In this document: piece after piece, positions 20,168-30,611 of the stretch | Position numbering within the stretch: the first letter of the stretch is position 1 | Layout: each line of letters begins with the position of its first letter | Source of the DNA: Myxococcota bacterium | Lineage (GTDB): Bacteria > Myxococcota_A > UBA9160 > SZUA-336 | Assembly: GCA_965247115.1 (NCBI GenBank) | Contig: CBDFGR010000002.1 | Coordinates: 160,001 to 224,000 of the forward strand | Length of the DNA stretch: 64,000 bases | Direction: 5' to 3' | Program-made: the position numbers and the translations under genes | Notes under the pieces: generated by a model | What the model saw: only the letters and a program-made list of their open reading frames with translations | Told to the model about the DNA's origin: nothing | Databases searched by the model: none

Positions 20168-22771
20168 TCACGCGGCCGGCGGCGCGCCGCTCAGGCGCTC
20201 GACCTCCTCGATGATCTCTCGCGCGGAGGCGAAGCGCTGATCGGGATCCTTCTCGAGACAGCGCAGGATGATGGCGGCGAGCGCCGGAGGGAGATCGGCC
20301 TTGACCGTCAGCGGATCCGGTGGTGCCGTGTGTACGTGGTGGTAGGGCACGTTGCCCTTCTGGAACGGGAGCTCTCCCGTCGCCAGCTCGAACAGCGTGA
20401 CACCGAGCGAGTAGATGTCGGTGCGATGGTCGATGTTCCGCCCCAGCGTCTGCTCGGGCGACATGTAGAACGGGGTGCCAGAGACGAGCGTCGTCGCCTG
20501 GCGGACCTCTTCCATGAGCTTGGCCAGACCGAAGTCCATGATCTTCACCTGCTTCTCCGTAGTCCACATCGTGTTGGCCGTCTTCACGTCGCGGTGGACT
20601 ACGCGCCTGCTGTGCGCGTAAGAGAGAGCCTCAGCCATCTGCTTGAGGATGTAGATCACTCCGCCCGGAGCGATCGGCCCGCGTCGATGCAGGATCTCCT
20701 TGAGCGTCGTTCCGTTCACCAGCTCCATCGCCAGGTAGAAGCCGTCGTCCGACTCGCCGGCGTCGTAGACCGTGACGATATTCGGGTGGTTCAGCTGCGC
20801 CGCAGCCTTTGCCTCCCGCAGGAAATTGCGTAACGCGTTCGGGTTCTCGCGCAGCCCCTCGGGCAGCACTTTGTATGCCACCTCGCGCTCGAGCACTGAG
20901 TCCCGGGCCAGGTACACCACACCCATTCCCCCGCGTCCGAGCTCGCGCATCCTCTCGTAGCGACCTGGCTGGGCCTGCGCGTTGGGCGACGAGGTCGGGA
21001 CGGGATCCGCGTTGCGTTGCTCCTCGAGGCCTTCCCTGGCCGCAGCAAGACGGTCCGCGACGTCGCGATAGTGGTAGTCGAAGCTCATGACCTTCTCGTA
21101 GATCTCGATGCTGCGCTCGAAGTCCTTGCGCTGGTCGAGCGCCTTTCCGAGCTCGTAGTGCGCCTCGACGGTCGCCCGGCTCATACCCTCCGCACCCGCA
21201 GCCTGCTCGAACTTCGTGATCGAGAGAGCCGCCATGCCCTTGTTCGCGAAGATGCGGCCGAGCAAGGAACAGGCTTCGGTGTAGTGCGGGTTGCCGGACT
21301 CGACCTGCTGGAACAGGCGAATCGCCTCGTCGTACTGCTCGAGATCCGCGAACGCGGTGCCCGCCTCGAATACCTTTCCGGCCTTCTCCAGCATCTCTGC
21401 GCGGCGAGGCGTGTTTCCCGCCAGCGCGTAGCAGTCCGCGGCCTGCTCGAATTGGTGGTTGGACTCGAAGGCCTCGGCAGCGCGCTCGGGCTGCTCAGCG
21501 GCGCGGAACATCTCGGCCGCGGAGGCGTGGTCTCCCCCCTTCATGTAGCACTCTGCCGCCTCCCCAAAGCGCTCGAGCTTTCGGTAGAGGTCACCCGCGG
21601 CCGCGAATTCGCCGGCGTTCTCCAGGTGCGTGACGGCCTGGGCGTCATCCCCCTTGTCGCGCAGGTACTCGCCAAGCGCGCGCTCCGCGGCCTCAGTGTT
21701 TCCCCCCTTCTCGAGCGCCTTCGCGGCCAGATCGCCGCGACCGACGCGGAGGAACAGGTCGGAGGCGCGGTCGTAGGCCTCGAGCTGGTACGCCACCTTG
21801 GCCGCCCGACCGAACGCACCCGCGCGTACGAGGACCGCCTCAGCCTCCTCGTAGAGCTCGAGCTTGGTGAACAGCTCGCCGGCCTTGCGGGCGAGCCCGC
21901 GCAGCTCGCGCGCCTTCGCTTCGTTCTGCGCGGCAGCCCCCCCTCCCTCATCGTCGAACGCGGCCAAAAGGGCGCGCGCAGCCTCGAGGTCAGAGCCCGA
22001 TTTCAGGAAGGACTGGGCCGCGTGACGATGGAAGCCGACCTCCTGATAGCAGCGGCCCGCCTCCCTGAAGTTCTCCGCGCGCTCGAACATCTCGCCCGCA
22101 ACCGAGTACTTGTCCACCGATAGGTAGCATTGCGCGGCATCCTCGAAGCGCCCGATCTGCGCGTAGATCGTGCCAGCCGCCTCGGTCATGTCGCCACGAC
22201 GATAGAGCTCTGCGGCTTCCTCGAAGCGGTTCTGGTCGTGTCGGACCTCCGCTGCGCGGTCGAACAGCTCTCCCGCGATCAGGAGCTCGGCCGCCTCGTC
22301 CTTGAGCTCCTGATCGAGCAGGTAGCGCGCGGCCGCCTCGATCCCACCCGCCTCGCGGATCGACGCCGCGACCCGCGCGTGCTTCTTCCGGTCCCGGCTC
22401 GAATACGTCGGCGCGGCCTGGGTGTCGGCGGCGTACCCGGGCAGCGCCTCCGGCTGTGCGGAGGTCATCCCGTTCGCCTCAGGACCGGTGGGCCAGACCG
22501 CGAAGCCCAGCAGGCAGAGGCTCGCGGCGAGCAACGCCGCGGAAAGCGGCAGCACGGAGATCTCCTCCAGCTTGGAGAACACCGCCTCCATATTTTCCAA
22601 ATGCTCGCGAGCGCTGACCGGGTCCGGACTCTCCCTTGCCGTGCTCCTTGCTTGCTCGCGCAGCGAATCGATCAGCTCGGGACCCTTCTGGTACAGCACG
22701 ACCCCCCCGATCCCGGCCAGGAGCAGCGGGACCGCGACGCAAAACGCAAGGATCCTTAGGGCGATTCGCAC
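20168..22771 (-). CDS. Membrane-anchored TPR-repeat Ser/Thr (Hanks) protein kinase
   Basis: Two N-terminal hydrophobic segments, ~500 aa of helical repeats, C-terminal GRGGMGVVY/VAYK/HRDVKTAN/DFG/GTPFYMSPE; start GTG 22771 (alternative 22801). Confidence 0.9.
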   Translation of the reverse strand: MRIALRILAFCVAVPLLLAGIGGVVLYQKGPELIDSLREQARSTARESPDPVSAREHLENMEAVFSKLEEISVLPLSAALLAASLCLLGFAVWPTGPEANGMTSAQPEALPGYAADTQAAPTYSSRDRKKHARVAASIREAGGIEAAARYLLDQELKDEAAELLIAGELFDRAAEVRHDQNRFEEAAELYRRGDMTEAAGTIYAQIGRFEDAAQCYLSVDKYSVAGEMFERAENFREAGRCYQEVGFHRHAAQSFLKSGSDLEAARALLAAFDDEGGGAAAQNEAKARELRGLARKAGELFTKLELYEEAEAVLVRAGAFGRAAKVAYQLEAYDRASDLFLRVGRGDLAAKALEKGGNTEAAERALGEYLRDKGDDAQAVTHLENAGEFAAAGDLYRKLERFGEAAECYMKGGDHASAAEMFRAAEQPERAAEAFESNHQFEQAADCYALAGNTPRRAEMLEKAGKVFEAGTAFADLEQYDEAIRLFQQVESGNPHYTEACSLLGRIFANKGMAALSITKFEQAAGAEGMSRATVEAHYELGKALDQRKDFERSIEIYEKVMSFDYHYRDVADRLAAAREGLEEQRNADPVPTSSPNAQAQPGRYERMRELGRGGMGVVYLARDSVLEREVAYKVLPEGLRENPNALRNFLREAKAAAQLNHPNIVTVYDAGESDDGFYLAMELVNGTTLKEILHRRGPIAPGGVIYILKQMAEALSYAHSRRVVHRDVKTANTMWTTEKQVKIMDFGLAKLMEEVRQATTLVSGTPFYMSPEQTLGRNIDHRTDIYSLGVTLFELATGELPFQKGNVPYHHVHTAPPDPLTVKADLPPALAAIILRCLEKDPDQRFASAREIIEEVERLSGAPPAA

Positions 22772-22778
22772 CTCTGGC

Positions 22779-22806
22779 TCATCGTCCGGAGCACTCCCCA
22801 CGTTGA
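22779..22806 (-). promoter_or_regulatory. Sigma28/FliA-like promoter of TPR kinase
   Basis: Minus strand TCAA-N16-GACGATGA, 7 nt before GTG 22771. Confidence 0.55.
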
Positions 22807-22920
22807 GAACGCAGCGCGCTCGGGGAAGCGCCAGCGGGCGACAGCAACGAACAACTTCGCGGTCGGAGCGGAGCCGCGAGGCGCTCTACTCAAGCTGGCT
22901 ACACGCTCGTGAGAGAGCTC

Positions 22921-23955
22921 CTAGAACAGCTTCTCCTGGGCGACTCGGTCGGGCTGCAGGGGATCGATCCCGAAGTGCTCATACGCGCGCTTCGTGGCGA
23001 CGCGTCCGCGCGAGGTGCGATCGAGATAGCCCTCCTGGATCAAGAAAGGCTCGTAGATATCCTCGATGGTGCCCTTATCTTCTGCCGTCGTCGCCGCAAG
23101 CGTCTCGAGACCGATCGGTCCGCCGTCGTACTTCTCGATCAGCGTGAGAAGGATCTGTCTATCCATCCGGTCGAAGCCGGCCTCATCCACCTCCAGGCGA
23201 GCCAGAGCGTGGCGGGCCTGGGCAAGCGTGATCCTGCCGTCTCCCTTGACCTCGGCGTAGTCGCGCACGCGACGCAGAAGTCGGTTCGCGAGGCGCGGCG
23301 TACCCCGCGAGCGCCGGGCCAGCTCGAGCGCGCCCTCGGAATCCATCGGGATGTCGAGGATGCGGGCGCTGCGCCGCAGAATCTTCACGAGCTCGGCCGG
23401 CGCGTAGTACGAAAGCCGCGCGATGATGCCGAAGCGGTCGCGGAGCGGAGATGTCAGCAGACCGGCGCGCGTGGTGGCGCCGACGAGAGTGAAGCGGGGG
23501 ATGTCGATCTTGACGCTCTGCGCGGAGGGCCCGTGACCGATGATCAGGTCCAGCTTGAAGTCCTCCATGGCCGGGTAGAGGATTTCCTCGACCGTGGGGT
23601 TCAACCGGTGGATCTCGTCGATGAAGAGCACCGAGTCCGGCTCCAGGTTCGTCACCACCGCGGCCAGGTCGCCGGCACGCTCGATCACCGGACCTGACGT
23701 CACGCGCAGGGGCGCACCCATCTCGCGTGCGATCACGTGAGCGAGCGCCGTCTTGCCCAGCCCGGGAGGGCCGTGGAAGAGCGTGTGATCGAGAGGTTCC
23801 CGTCGCTCCCGTGCGGCCTCGATGAACACGGAGAGGTTCTCGCGGAGGCTATCCTGACCGACGAACTCTTCCAGCGTGAGCGGTCTCAGCCGCGCCTCGA
23901 GCGCGCGCTCGGATTCGAGCGCTGTCGGGATCAAGGTGTCATCCGGCCGCGACAC
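22921..23955 (-). CDS. ruvB: Holliday junction helicase RuvB
   Basis: [39 protein letters not shown]. Confidence 0.99.
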   Translation of the reverse strand: MSRPDDTLIPTALESERALEARLRPLTLEEFVGQDSLRENLSVFIEAARERREPLDHTLFHGPPGLGKTALAHVIAREMGAPLRVTSGPVIERAGDLAAVVTNLEPDSVLFIDEIHRLNPTVEEILYPAMEDFKLDLIIGHGPSAQSVKIDIPRFTLVGATTRAGLLTSPLRDRFGIIARLSYYAPAELVKILRRSARILDIPMDSEGALELARRSRGTPRLANRLLRRVRDYAEVKGDGRITLAQARHALARLEVDEAGFDRMDRQILLTLIEKYDGGPIGLETLAATTAEDKGTIEDIYEPFLIQEGYLDRTSRGRVATKRAYEHFGIDPLQPDRVAQEKLF

Positions 23956-24532
23956 GCAAGGCCTCTCGTATCAGCTCTTCGAGTTGCAGCTCGCCCTCCG
24001 GGACCTGTTCGAGCGCCCGGCGGACAGCCTTGTCGGCGTGGCTGCGAGGGTAGCCCAGGTTGACGAGCGCGGAGACGGTCGCCTCCTGTGCATCCGTGGC
24101 ACCCTCGCTCTGCTCCTCGATCAGCTCGAACAGGGCGACCTTGTCGCGCAGCTCGATCAAGATCCGCTCGGCCGTCTTTGGGCCGACTCCGGGGACACCC
24201 GTCAGCGAGGCGACGTCCTTGCGGCGGACGGCCAGGAGCAGGCGTTCCACCGGCAGGCCGGACAGGATCGCCAGCGCCACCCTCGGCCCGACACCGGCGA
24301 TCCCGATCAGGAGCCGGAAGCCGAGGCGCTCCTCCGGGCTGAGAAAGCCGTACAGCTGGAGCGTGTCCTCTCGAACGTGCGTGTGTACCTCGAGACGTAC
24401 GGTCTTCCCTGGATCCGGGAGCTCCACGAAGGTCGAGAGCGGCACGCGCAACTCGTAGCCGACCCCACCGACGTCGAGCACGAGCGCGTCGGGCGCCTTC
24501 TCTGCCAGCACCCCCTCGAGTCGGCCGATCAC
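23939..24532 (-). CDS. ruvA: Holliday junction protein RuvA
   Basis: [42 protein letters not shown]. Confidence 0.98.
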   Translation of the reverse strand: MIGRLEGVLAEKAPDALVLDVGGVGYELRVPLSTFVELPDPGKTVRLEVHTHVREDTLQLYGFLSPEERLGFRLLIGIAGVGPRVALAILSGLPVERLLLAVRRKDVASLTGVPGVGPKTAERILIELRDKVALFELIEEQSEGATDAQEATVSALVNLGYPRSHADKAVRRALEQVPEGELQLEELIREALRVAAG

Positions 24533-25047
24533 GGGCGGGGCTCCCGCTGCTCGCGAGCATTCGCGCCCGCCAGCCTCGAGTCGAGCCGCTCGGAGAGCGC
24601 GTGGCAGATCGACACGGCGAGCGCATCCGCCTCATCGGGGCCAGGGAGAGCGTCGAGCTGCAGCAGATGCTGGACCATGTGCTGGACCTGTGCTTTGTCC
24701 GCGCGCCCGTAGCCGCTGACGGCGAGCTTGACCCGGGTCGGGGCGTACTCGGCAGCTCGCAGACCGGCGCCACCGCAGGCGGCCAGGGCTGCACCCCGCG
24801 CATGACCAAGTAGGATGGCCGAGCGCGGATTGCGATGACTGAACACCGCCTCCAGGGCGACCGTATCTGGCGCGCACTCGACGATGATCTGGGAGATCGC
24901 CCCGTGGATGTGGCCGAGCTTCGCGACCAGGCTCGGCTCGCTGGCTCGGATCACCCCGCTCCGCACCCAGCGGAGCCGGGAGCGCTGCAGGTCGACGATG
25001 CCCCAGCCCGTCCTCCGAGAACCCGGATCGATGCCGAGTACACGCAT
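24529..25047 (-). CDS. ruvC: Holliday junction resolvase RuvC
   Basis: VLGIDPG, LGHARG, GYGRADK.QV..MV, DEADALAVSICH. Confidence 0.97.
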   Translation of the reverse strand: MRVLGIDPGSRRTGWGIVDLQRSRLRWVRSGVIRASEPSLVAKLGHIHGAISQIIVECAPDTVALEAVFSHRNPRSAILLGHARGAALAACGGAGLRAAEYAPTRVKLAVSGYGRADKAQVQHMVQHLLQLDALPGPDEADALAVSICHALSERLDSRLAGANAREQREPRP

Positions 25048-25081
25048 GCTCACCCCCGCCTGACAGGGGGAGTCTAGCGCG

Positions 25082-25837
25082 TCAGCTGGTCTCGGCCGCC
25101 TCTCGCAGCTCTTCCTCGGAAATATCGAAGTTGCCGTAGACGCCGCGCACGTCCTCGTGGTCGTCGAGCGCCTCGAAGAGCCCCAGGACGACCTGCACGT
25201 CCTTACCCGTGACCGTGACCGTGGTCTGAGGCAGCATCTGGATCTCCGCGCCCGCGGGCCGGAAGCCTGCGCTCTCCAGCGCCTCCTTGACGGTTGCGAA
25301 GTCCTCCGGGGAGGTCTGCACCCTGACAGCGTCCTCATCCTCGACCACATCCTCCGCGTTGGCGTCGATGGCGGCCTCCATCAGCGTCTCGACGACGAGC
25401 CCCTCAGTATCGAACTCCAGCACCCCTGCGCGGTCGAACAGGTACGCCACGCAGCCCGACGAGCCAAGGTTTCCAGCGTGCTTGCTGAAGATGCGTCGCA
25501 CCTCGCCGACCGTGCGGTTCCGGTTGTCCGTCAAGGCATCGACGATCACCGCGACGCCGCCGGGGCCGTAGCCCTCGTAGCGGATCTCCTCGAAGGACTC
25601 GCCTTCCAGCTCGCCGGTCCCCTTCTTGATCGCGCGCTCGACGTTGTCCTTTGGCATGTTCGTCGCCCTGGCCTTCGCCATGGCCAGGCGCAGGCGTGGG
25701 TTCGCGTGGGGATCCCCGCCGCCGAGGCGCGCCGCAATGCTGATCTCCCGGATCAGCTGCGTGAACACCTTGCCCCGCTTGGTGTCCTTCGCGCCTTTCT
25801 TGCGCTTGATCGTCGACCACTTGGAGTGCCCGGACAT
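25082..25837 (-). CDS. yebC: YebC/PmpR family protein
   Basis: [34 protein letters not shown]. Confidence 0.97.
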   Translation of the reverse strand: MSGHSKWSTIKRKKGAKDTKRGKVFTQLIREISIAARLGGGDPHANPRLRLAMAKARATNMPKDNVERAIKKGTGELEGESFEEIRYEGYGPGGVAVIVDALTDNRNRTVGEVRRIFSKHAGNLGSSGCVAYLFDRAGVLEFDTEGLVVETLMEAAIDANAEDVVEDEDAVRVQTSPEDFATVKEALESAGFRPAGAEIQMLPQTTVTVTGKDVQVVLGLFEALDDHEDVRGVYGNFDISEEELREAAETS

Positions 25838-25846
25838 GAGGTTTCG

Positions 25847-25875
25847 GGGATACCACCAGAGCCGCGAGCGGTCAA
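25847..25875 (-). promoter_or_regulatory. Sigma70-like promoter of yebC-ruvCAB
   Basis: Minus strand TTGACC-N17-TATCCC with TG extension. Confidence 0.5.
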
Positions 25876-25907
25876 TCCAGAATTGGCAACTTCCTTTGGC
25901 CTTCGCG

Positions 25908-25935
25908 TAAACCCGCCATCGCTGCGTGCCGATGG
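25908..25935 (+). promoter_or_regulatory. Sigma28/FliA-like promoter of Hsp70-J operon
   Basis: TAAA-N16-GCCGATGG, close to consensus TAAA-N15/16-GCCGATAA. Confidence 0.65.
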
Positions 25936-25976
25936 GAGGGGCACGAGCCGGAGGCGCCTCGGCTTCGGAGGCGGGA

Positions 25977-27854
25977 ATGAGCGACGCGATCACGATCGGA
26001 ATCGATCTGGGCACGAGCAACTCGTGCGTCGCGACGGTTGAAGACGGAACCCCGCGTGTCCTCCCGAACCGTAGCGCCGAGCGAACCACGGCCTCGGTCG
26101 TGGCGTTCCGCGAAGACGGCAGCATCGCGGTCGGGAACCAGGCCAAGGCCCAGATCATCCTCGATCCAAAGCACACTGTCAGCTCCGCCAAGCGCCTGAT
26201 CGGGCGCTTCTACTTCAGCGAGGAGCTGCGCAAGGCCCGCGCCATCTGCAACTACGAGATCGTCCCCGGCGAGAATCACAGCGTCCGCATTCAGATCCGT
26301 CAGGAGCAGTTCAGCCTGCCCGAGATCTCGGCCTTCGTTCTCAAGGAGATGAAAGAGATCGCGGAGAACGACCTCGGCCGCGAGGTCACGCAGGCCGTGA
26401 TCACCGTACCCGCGTACTTCAATGACAACCAGCGCCAGGCGACCAAGGACGCGGGGCGCATCGCTGGTCTGGACGTGCTGCGAATCCTGAACGAGCCAAC
26501 GGCCGCGGCCCTCGCCTACGGCTACGGACGCGATCTCGCCCAGAAGGTCGTTGTCTACGACTTCGGTGGCGGAACCTTCGACGTTTCCGTCCTGGAGATC
26601 GGTCGTGATGTCTACGAAGTGCTGTCGACCTGCGGCGACACTTTCCTCGGCGGCGACGACATCGACGACCGTCTGATCGACCTGCTGGCGGACAAGGTGC
26701 AGGCCGCCGAGGACATCAACCTGCGCAGTGATCCGGTAGCGTTCGAGAGGCTCAAGCAGGCTGCCGAGCGCGCGAAGATCGAGCTCTCCACGAACGACTC
26801 CGCGCACGTGTCCATCACGGATCTCGCCGAGGTCGACGGGCGCCAGGTCGGGGTGGAGTACACGATCACGCTTGATGAGTTCAACGCGCTGATCAGCGAC
26901 CTGATCCAGCGCACCTTCAAGGTGTGCGACGAGGCGATGCAGGACGCGGGCCTCACCAACAGGGACATCGAGGCGGTGGTGCTGGTCGGAGGACCGACAC
27001 GACTGCCGACGATCCGCGAGGCCGTCGAAGCGTACTTCCAGAAGGCCCCCGAGACCGAGATCAATCCCGACGAGGTCGTCGCGCTCGGGGCCGCGATCCA
27101 CGCCGACTCACTGGCCTCGACGCAGTCGAGCACGTACCTGCTCGACGTCACGCCGCTCACGCTGCGCCTCGGAATCGCGGGTGACATGACCGAGCCGATC
27201 ATCGAGCGCAACAGCCCCGTGCCGATCGACCACACGCGCACCTTCACCACCGCCCGCGACTACCAGGAGGCGATCGCGGTGAAGATCTACCAGGGGGAGT
27301 CGCGCGCGATCGACGCCAACGAGCTCCTAGGCGAATTCGAGTTCAAGGGCTTCGAGCCCGGACAGAGGGGCGTCGTCCAGATCGAGGTGACCTTCGAGAT
27401 CAACACGGAAGGGATCGTGAACGTGCGCGCACTCGATCCTGCCACGGGCACGGCACAGTCGACCACAGTCCGACTGTCGAGCGGGCTCTCCGACGAAGAG
27501 ATCGATCGCATCGTGACGCGGGGCCGCGCGGCGGATGTCGCGAAAGGCCACAAGCCCGATGCGACGGGATCCAAGGCCCCCAAGCCCGCTCCGACCGCCG
27601 CCGCTCCCGACCGCGAAGAGCTGATCCTGGACCTGGACGACGACGAAGTGGATGGTGAGATCGTCTCCATGAGCTCCTCTGGCACGTTCGCAGAGGGTGT
27701 GCAGGAGGAGGAGCTATTCGGCGCGATCGACAGCGACCTGGCGGAAGAGGACTTCGGCGCCGACGGAACACAGGGCGGACGGCTCATGGACCTGGAGGAG
27801 CCGGAAGCAAAGCCTGACACCTCCAAGTCTGGTGACAGCGACAAAGGCGGCTGA
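25977..27854 (+). CDS. Hsp70/DnaK paralog with truncated lid and acidic C-terminal tail
   Basis: [46 protein letters not shown] linker; similarity to DnaK ends at [12 protein letters not shown]. Confidence 0.92.
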   Translation: MSDAITIGIDLGTSNSCVATVEDGTPRVLPNRSAERTTASVVAFREDGSIAVGNQAKAQIILDPKHTVSSAKRLIGRFYFSEELRKARAICNYEIVPGENHSVRIQIRQEQFSLPEISAFVLKEMKEIAENDLGREVTQAVITVPAYFNDNQRQATKDAGRIAGLDVLRILNEPTAAALAYGYGRDLAQKVVVYDFGGGTFDVSVLEIGRDVYEVLSTCGDTFLGGDDIDDRLIDLLADKVQAAEDINLRSDPVAFERLKQAAERAKIELSTNDSAHVSITDLAEVDGRQVGVEYTITLDEFNALISDLIQRTFKVCDEAMQDAGLTNRDIEAVVLVGGPTRLPTIREAVEAYFQKAPETEINPDEVVALGAAIHADSLASTQSSTYLLDVTPLTLRLGIAGDMTEPIIERNSPVPIDHTRTFTTARDYQEAIAVKIYQGESRAIDANELLGEFEFKGFEPGQRGVVQIEVTFEINTEGIVNVRALDPATGTAQSTTVRLSSGLSDEEIDRIVTRGRAADVAKGHKPDATGSKAPKPAPTAAAPDREELILDLDDDEVDGEIVSMSSSGTFAEGVQEEELFGAIDSDLAEEDFGADGTQGGRLMDLEEPEAKPDTSKSGDSDKGG

Positions 27855-27868
27855 GGCACACCCCCCCG

Positions 27869-28384
27869 ATGACCGAGGAAGAGATCAAGGCACTCACCCG
27901 GATCCTGGACCGGGTGGACTACTACCGCCTGCTCAAGACCGAACGCGGCGCCTCGAGCGCCGAGATCCGCTCCGCCTATCACGAGGCTCGGCGCCGGTTT
28001 CATCCGGATAGCTTTCTCCGCCACGACGACGAGATACGCTCGGCGGTCGACCGGATCGCCCGACGCATCACCGAGGGCTACGTGGTGCTGCGCGACAGCC
28101 GAAAACGCTCGGCCTACACGGCTGGGCTCGAGTCCGGCGCGCTGCGATACACCAGCGAGATGGACGAGCAGGCCAAGGCCAAGGCCAGCAACAAGCGCGG
28201 CGAGACTGCCAACGGCCAGAAGTTCTACACGATGGCCCAGGAGGAGGAGCGCGGCGGCGACACGGCGAAAGCCGTCGGGCACCTGCGTATGGCCCTCACC
28301 TTCGAGCCGGCGAACGATTTCTTCAAGCAAGAGCTCGAACGTCTCCAGCCACCCAGGAAAAAGAAGAAGAAAAAGCAGGCCTGA
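27869..28384 (+). CDS. J-domain co-chaperone with C-terminal TPR-like helix pair
   Basis: DYYRLL..AS..EIRSAY..RRFHPD..ITEGYVVLRD..KR.AY. Confidence 0.88.
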   Translation: MTEEEIKALTRILDRVDYYRLLKTERGASSAEIRSAYHEARRRFHPDSFLRHDDEIRSAVDRIARRITEGYVVLRDSRKRSAYTAGLESGALRYTSEMDEQAKAKASNKRGETANGQKFYTMAQEEERGGDTAKAVGHLRMALTFEPANDFFKQELERLQPPRKKKKKKQA

Positions 28385-28391
28385 GCCTCGT

Positions 28392-28420
28392 TTGACCTCG
28401 GCCTCCCCCGCGTGCAGAAT
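28392..28420 (+). promoter_or_regulatory. Sigma70-like promoter of DUF35-thiolase operon
   Basis: TTGACC-N17-CAGAAT. Confidence 0.5.
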
Positions 28421-28507
28421 CGCCGCTGGACGCGGCCGTCACGAGCAGACTCGTGCGCCTGCCGTGCGCCGACCCGGCGCGATCCTGGACGAAAAGGGGA
28501 CTCGACA

Positions 28508-28939
28508 ATGGCGGAGGAAGCAGCGGCCTCGAAGCCGCTCCCAGTGGTTCCATTTCTGAAGCTCCCCGACGACGGGGACCCCTACCTCGAGGGGCAAAAG
28601 TGCAAGAGCTGCGGATCGGTGTTCCTCGGCGAACGCTCCGTCTGCTCGAACTGCGCCGCCAGAGATCAGATCGAGGCGATCAAGCTCTCGAATCAGGGCG
28701 AGCTCTACGTGTATTCGATCACGCACCGCTCGTTCCCCGGCATCGAGACGCCCTACATCTCGGCGGTCGTCGACCTCGACGGTGGGGGGAGCGTCAAGGG
28801 AAACCTGATCAACATCGACCCGGACCCCGAGAAGATCAAGATGGGTATGCGCGTCGAGGTGGTCTACGGGATCGCTCCGCGCAAGGATCGCGATGGCAAC
28901 GAGTACATGGCCTACTACTTCCAGCCGGCAGCGGCGTAA
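28508..28939 (+). CDS. DUF35/ChsH2-like Zn-ribbon OB-fold protein
   Basis: CKSCG..CSNC zinc ribbon, GELYVYS, PY..AVVDL, GMRVEVV; precedes thiolase. Confidence 0.88.
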   Translation: MAEEAAASKPLPVVPFLKLPDDGDPYLEGQKCKSCGSVFLGERSVCSNCAARDQIEAIKLSNQGELYVYSITHRSFPGIETPYISAVVDLDGGGSVKGNLINIDPDPEKIKMGMRVEVVYGIAPRKDRDGNEYMAYYFQPAAA

Positions 28940-28952
28940 GGGGGGAATTCAG

Positions 28953-30098
28953 ATGAGCAACGACGTCTACATCATCGGAACCGACATGATCAAGTTCGGG
29001 AAGTTCCCGGACGTCAGCATTCAGCGCCTGGCCGCCCAGTCGTCACTCGGCGCTCTGGACGACGCGGGAGTGACCATCAAGGACTGCGAGGCGCTCTACT
29101 GCGGAAACCTGATGCAGGCGAGCGGAATGGTTGGCCAGCGCCTGTTGCAGGAGATCGGCCAGACCGGCATCCCCGTGATCAACGTGGCGAACGCCTGCGC
29201 AACGGGAGCCACCGCGTTCCGCGAGGGCTGGACCGCCATCAAGGCAGGCCTCTACGACGTGGTGCTCTGTGTCGGCGTCGAGAAGATGGCCGGAGCCGGC
29301 CTGCTCGGTGGTGGCGGTGGTGGCAAGGGCATCCCGACCGAGGGCCTGCTGGGCTCCGGCACGATGCCTGCGGTGTTCGCGGAAGCCGGGATGGAGCACG
29401 CCCGCAAGTACGGGACAACCTTCGAGCAGTTCGCGAAGATTTCCGTCAAGAACCATCACCACTCCACGAAAAATCCCAAGGCGCGCTACCAGATCGAGAC
29501 GCCGCTTCCGGAGGTGATGAACTCCGAGATGATCGCCTACCCGAACACGAAGCTCATGTGCTCCGTGAACGTGGACGGCTCCGCCGCGGCAGTCATCTGC
29601 TCGGAGAAGAAGGCCCGCGAGCTCGGCATGCAGCGCGCGGTCAAGGTCTCGGCTTCCGTGCTGACGAGTGACCGCTATACCGAGCGTGATCTCACCATGC
29701 CGGACGTGAACACCTGCACGCGCGAGGCGGCGGCCAAGGCCTTCGAGATGTCCGGGCTCGGGCCGGATGATCTCGACCTGGTCGAGCTCCACGACTGCTT
29801 CGCAACCGCAGAGATGCTCCACTATGAGAACCTCGGCCTCTGCAAGGACGGAGAGGCGGGGCGCATGATCGACGAGAAGGAGGTCTACAACGGGGGCCGT
29901 ATTCCGGTGAACGTCTCCGGTGGCCTGCTGTCGAAGGGGCACCCGCTCGGCGCGACGGGCATCGCGAACATCTACGAGGTAGCCACGCACCTGCGCGGCG
30001 AGGCCGGCGAGCGCCAGGTCACCGACGCCAAGGTGGGTCTGACCCACGTGATCGGCCTCGGCTCCGCCTGCGGCATCCACATTCTCGAAAAGGTCTGA
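28953..30098 (+). CDS. SCP2/SCPx-type thiolase family protein
   Basis: NVANACATG, ELHDCF, NVSGGLLSKGHPLGATG. Confidence 0.92.
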   Translation: MSNDVYIIGTDMIKFGKFPDVSIQRLAAQSSLGALDDAGVTIKDCEALYCGNLMQASGMVGQRLLQEIGQTGIPVINVANACATGATAFREGWTAIKAGLYDVVLCVGVEKMAGAGLLGGGGGGKGIPTEGLLGSGTMPAVFAEAGMEHARKYGTTFEQFAKISVKNHHHSTKNPKARYQIETPLPEVMNSEMIAYPNTKLMCSVNVDGSAAAVICSEKKARELGMQRAVKVSASVLTSDRYTERDLTMPDVNTCTREAAAKAFEMSGLGPDDLDLVELHDCFATAEMLHYENLGLCKDGEAGRMIDEKEVYNGGRIPVNVSGGLLSKGHPLGATGIANIYEVATHLRGEAGERQVTDAKVGLTHVIGLGSACGIHILEKV

Positions 30099-30103
30099 GC
30101 TCA

Positions 30104-30146
30104 AGCCCAAGGCCTTCGCTGCGCGCGCCGCTTTCGCGGCGCTTGC
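30104..30146 (+). repeat. Partial (3' half) copy of dispersed structured repeat
   Basis: GCCCAAGGC-CTTCGCTGCGC-GCGCCGC-TTTC-GCGGCGC-TTGC, near-identical to 59855-59898; lies between convergent genes. Confidence 0.7.
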
Positions 30147-30179
30147 AGGGGAGTCGTGTCGGTCCCGCTCGAATTGGGG

Positions 30180-30611
30180 CTAGCCCCCTGCTTCTTTGAG
30201 GGCGTCTTCCAGCGCCTCCCAGGGGAGGAGGGCGCAGCGTTGGCGGGAGGGGAGCTGGGCAACTCGATGGAAGGCGCGGAGGCGTTCGTCTAGTTGCTCG
30301 CCGGCGTCGTCGCCGCGGACGACCAGTTCCACATCTCTAGCCAGAGCGGCGATGGCGGCGCGGTCCATGCCCGCCACGATCTCGGTCATGACGCTGCCGG
30401 AGGCCACCGCGATGCTACAGCCCCGGGTACGCGACGAGGTGCTCGAGACACGGCCGTCTCTCAGCTTGACCTCGACCCGCACCTGATCGCCGCAGACCGG
30501 GTTCACGACGAGCGAGCTCCCGTCCGGGGCGTCGAGTGGGCTGCGGTTTCGGGGGTGCCGGAAGTGCTCGAGGACGACCTCTTTGTAGAGGGCCTCGATC
30601 GTGTCCTTCAC
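30180..30611 (-). CDS. SufU/IscU-type Fe-S scaffold or sulfur-transfer protein
   Basis: LYKEVVLEHFRHPRN, NPVCGD, GCSIAVASGS, RQRCALLPW. Confidence 0.9.
   Translation of the reverse strand: MKDTIEALYKEVVLEHFRHPRNRSPLDAPDGSSLVVNPVCGDQVRVEVKLRDGRVSSTSSRTRGCSIAVASGSVMTEIVAGMDRAAIAALARDVELVVRGDDAGEQLDERLRAFHRVAQLPSRQRCALLPWEALEDALKEAGG

Noticed and set aside
25883..25900. Sigma54 box TTGGCAACTTCCTTTGG upstream of Hsp70
   Set aside because: -12 element reads TTGG instead of the invariant TTGC
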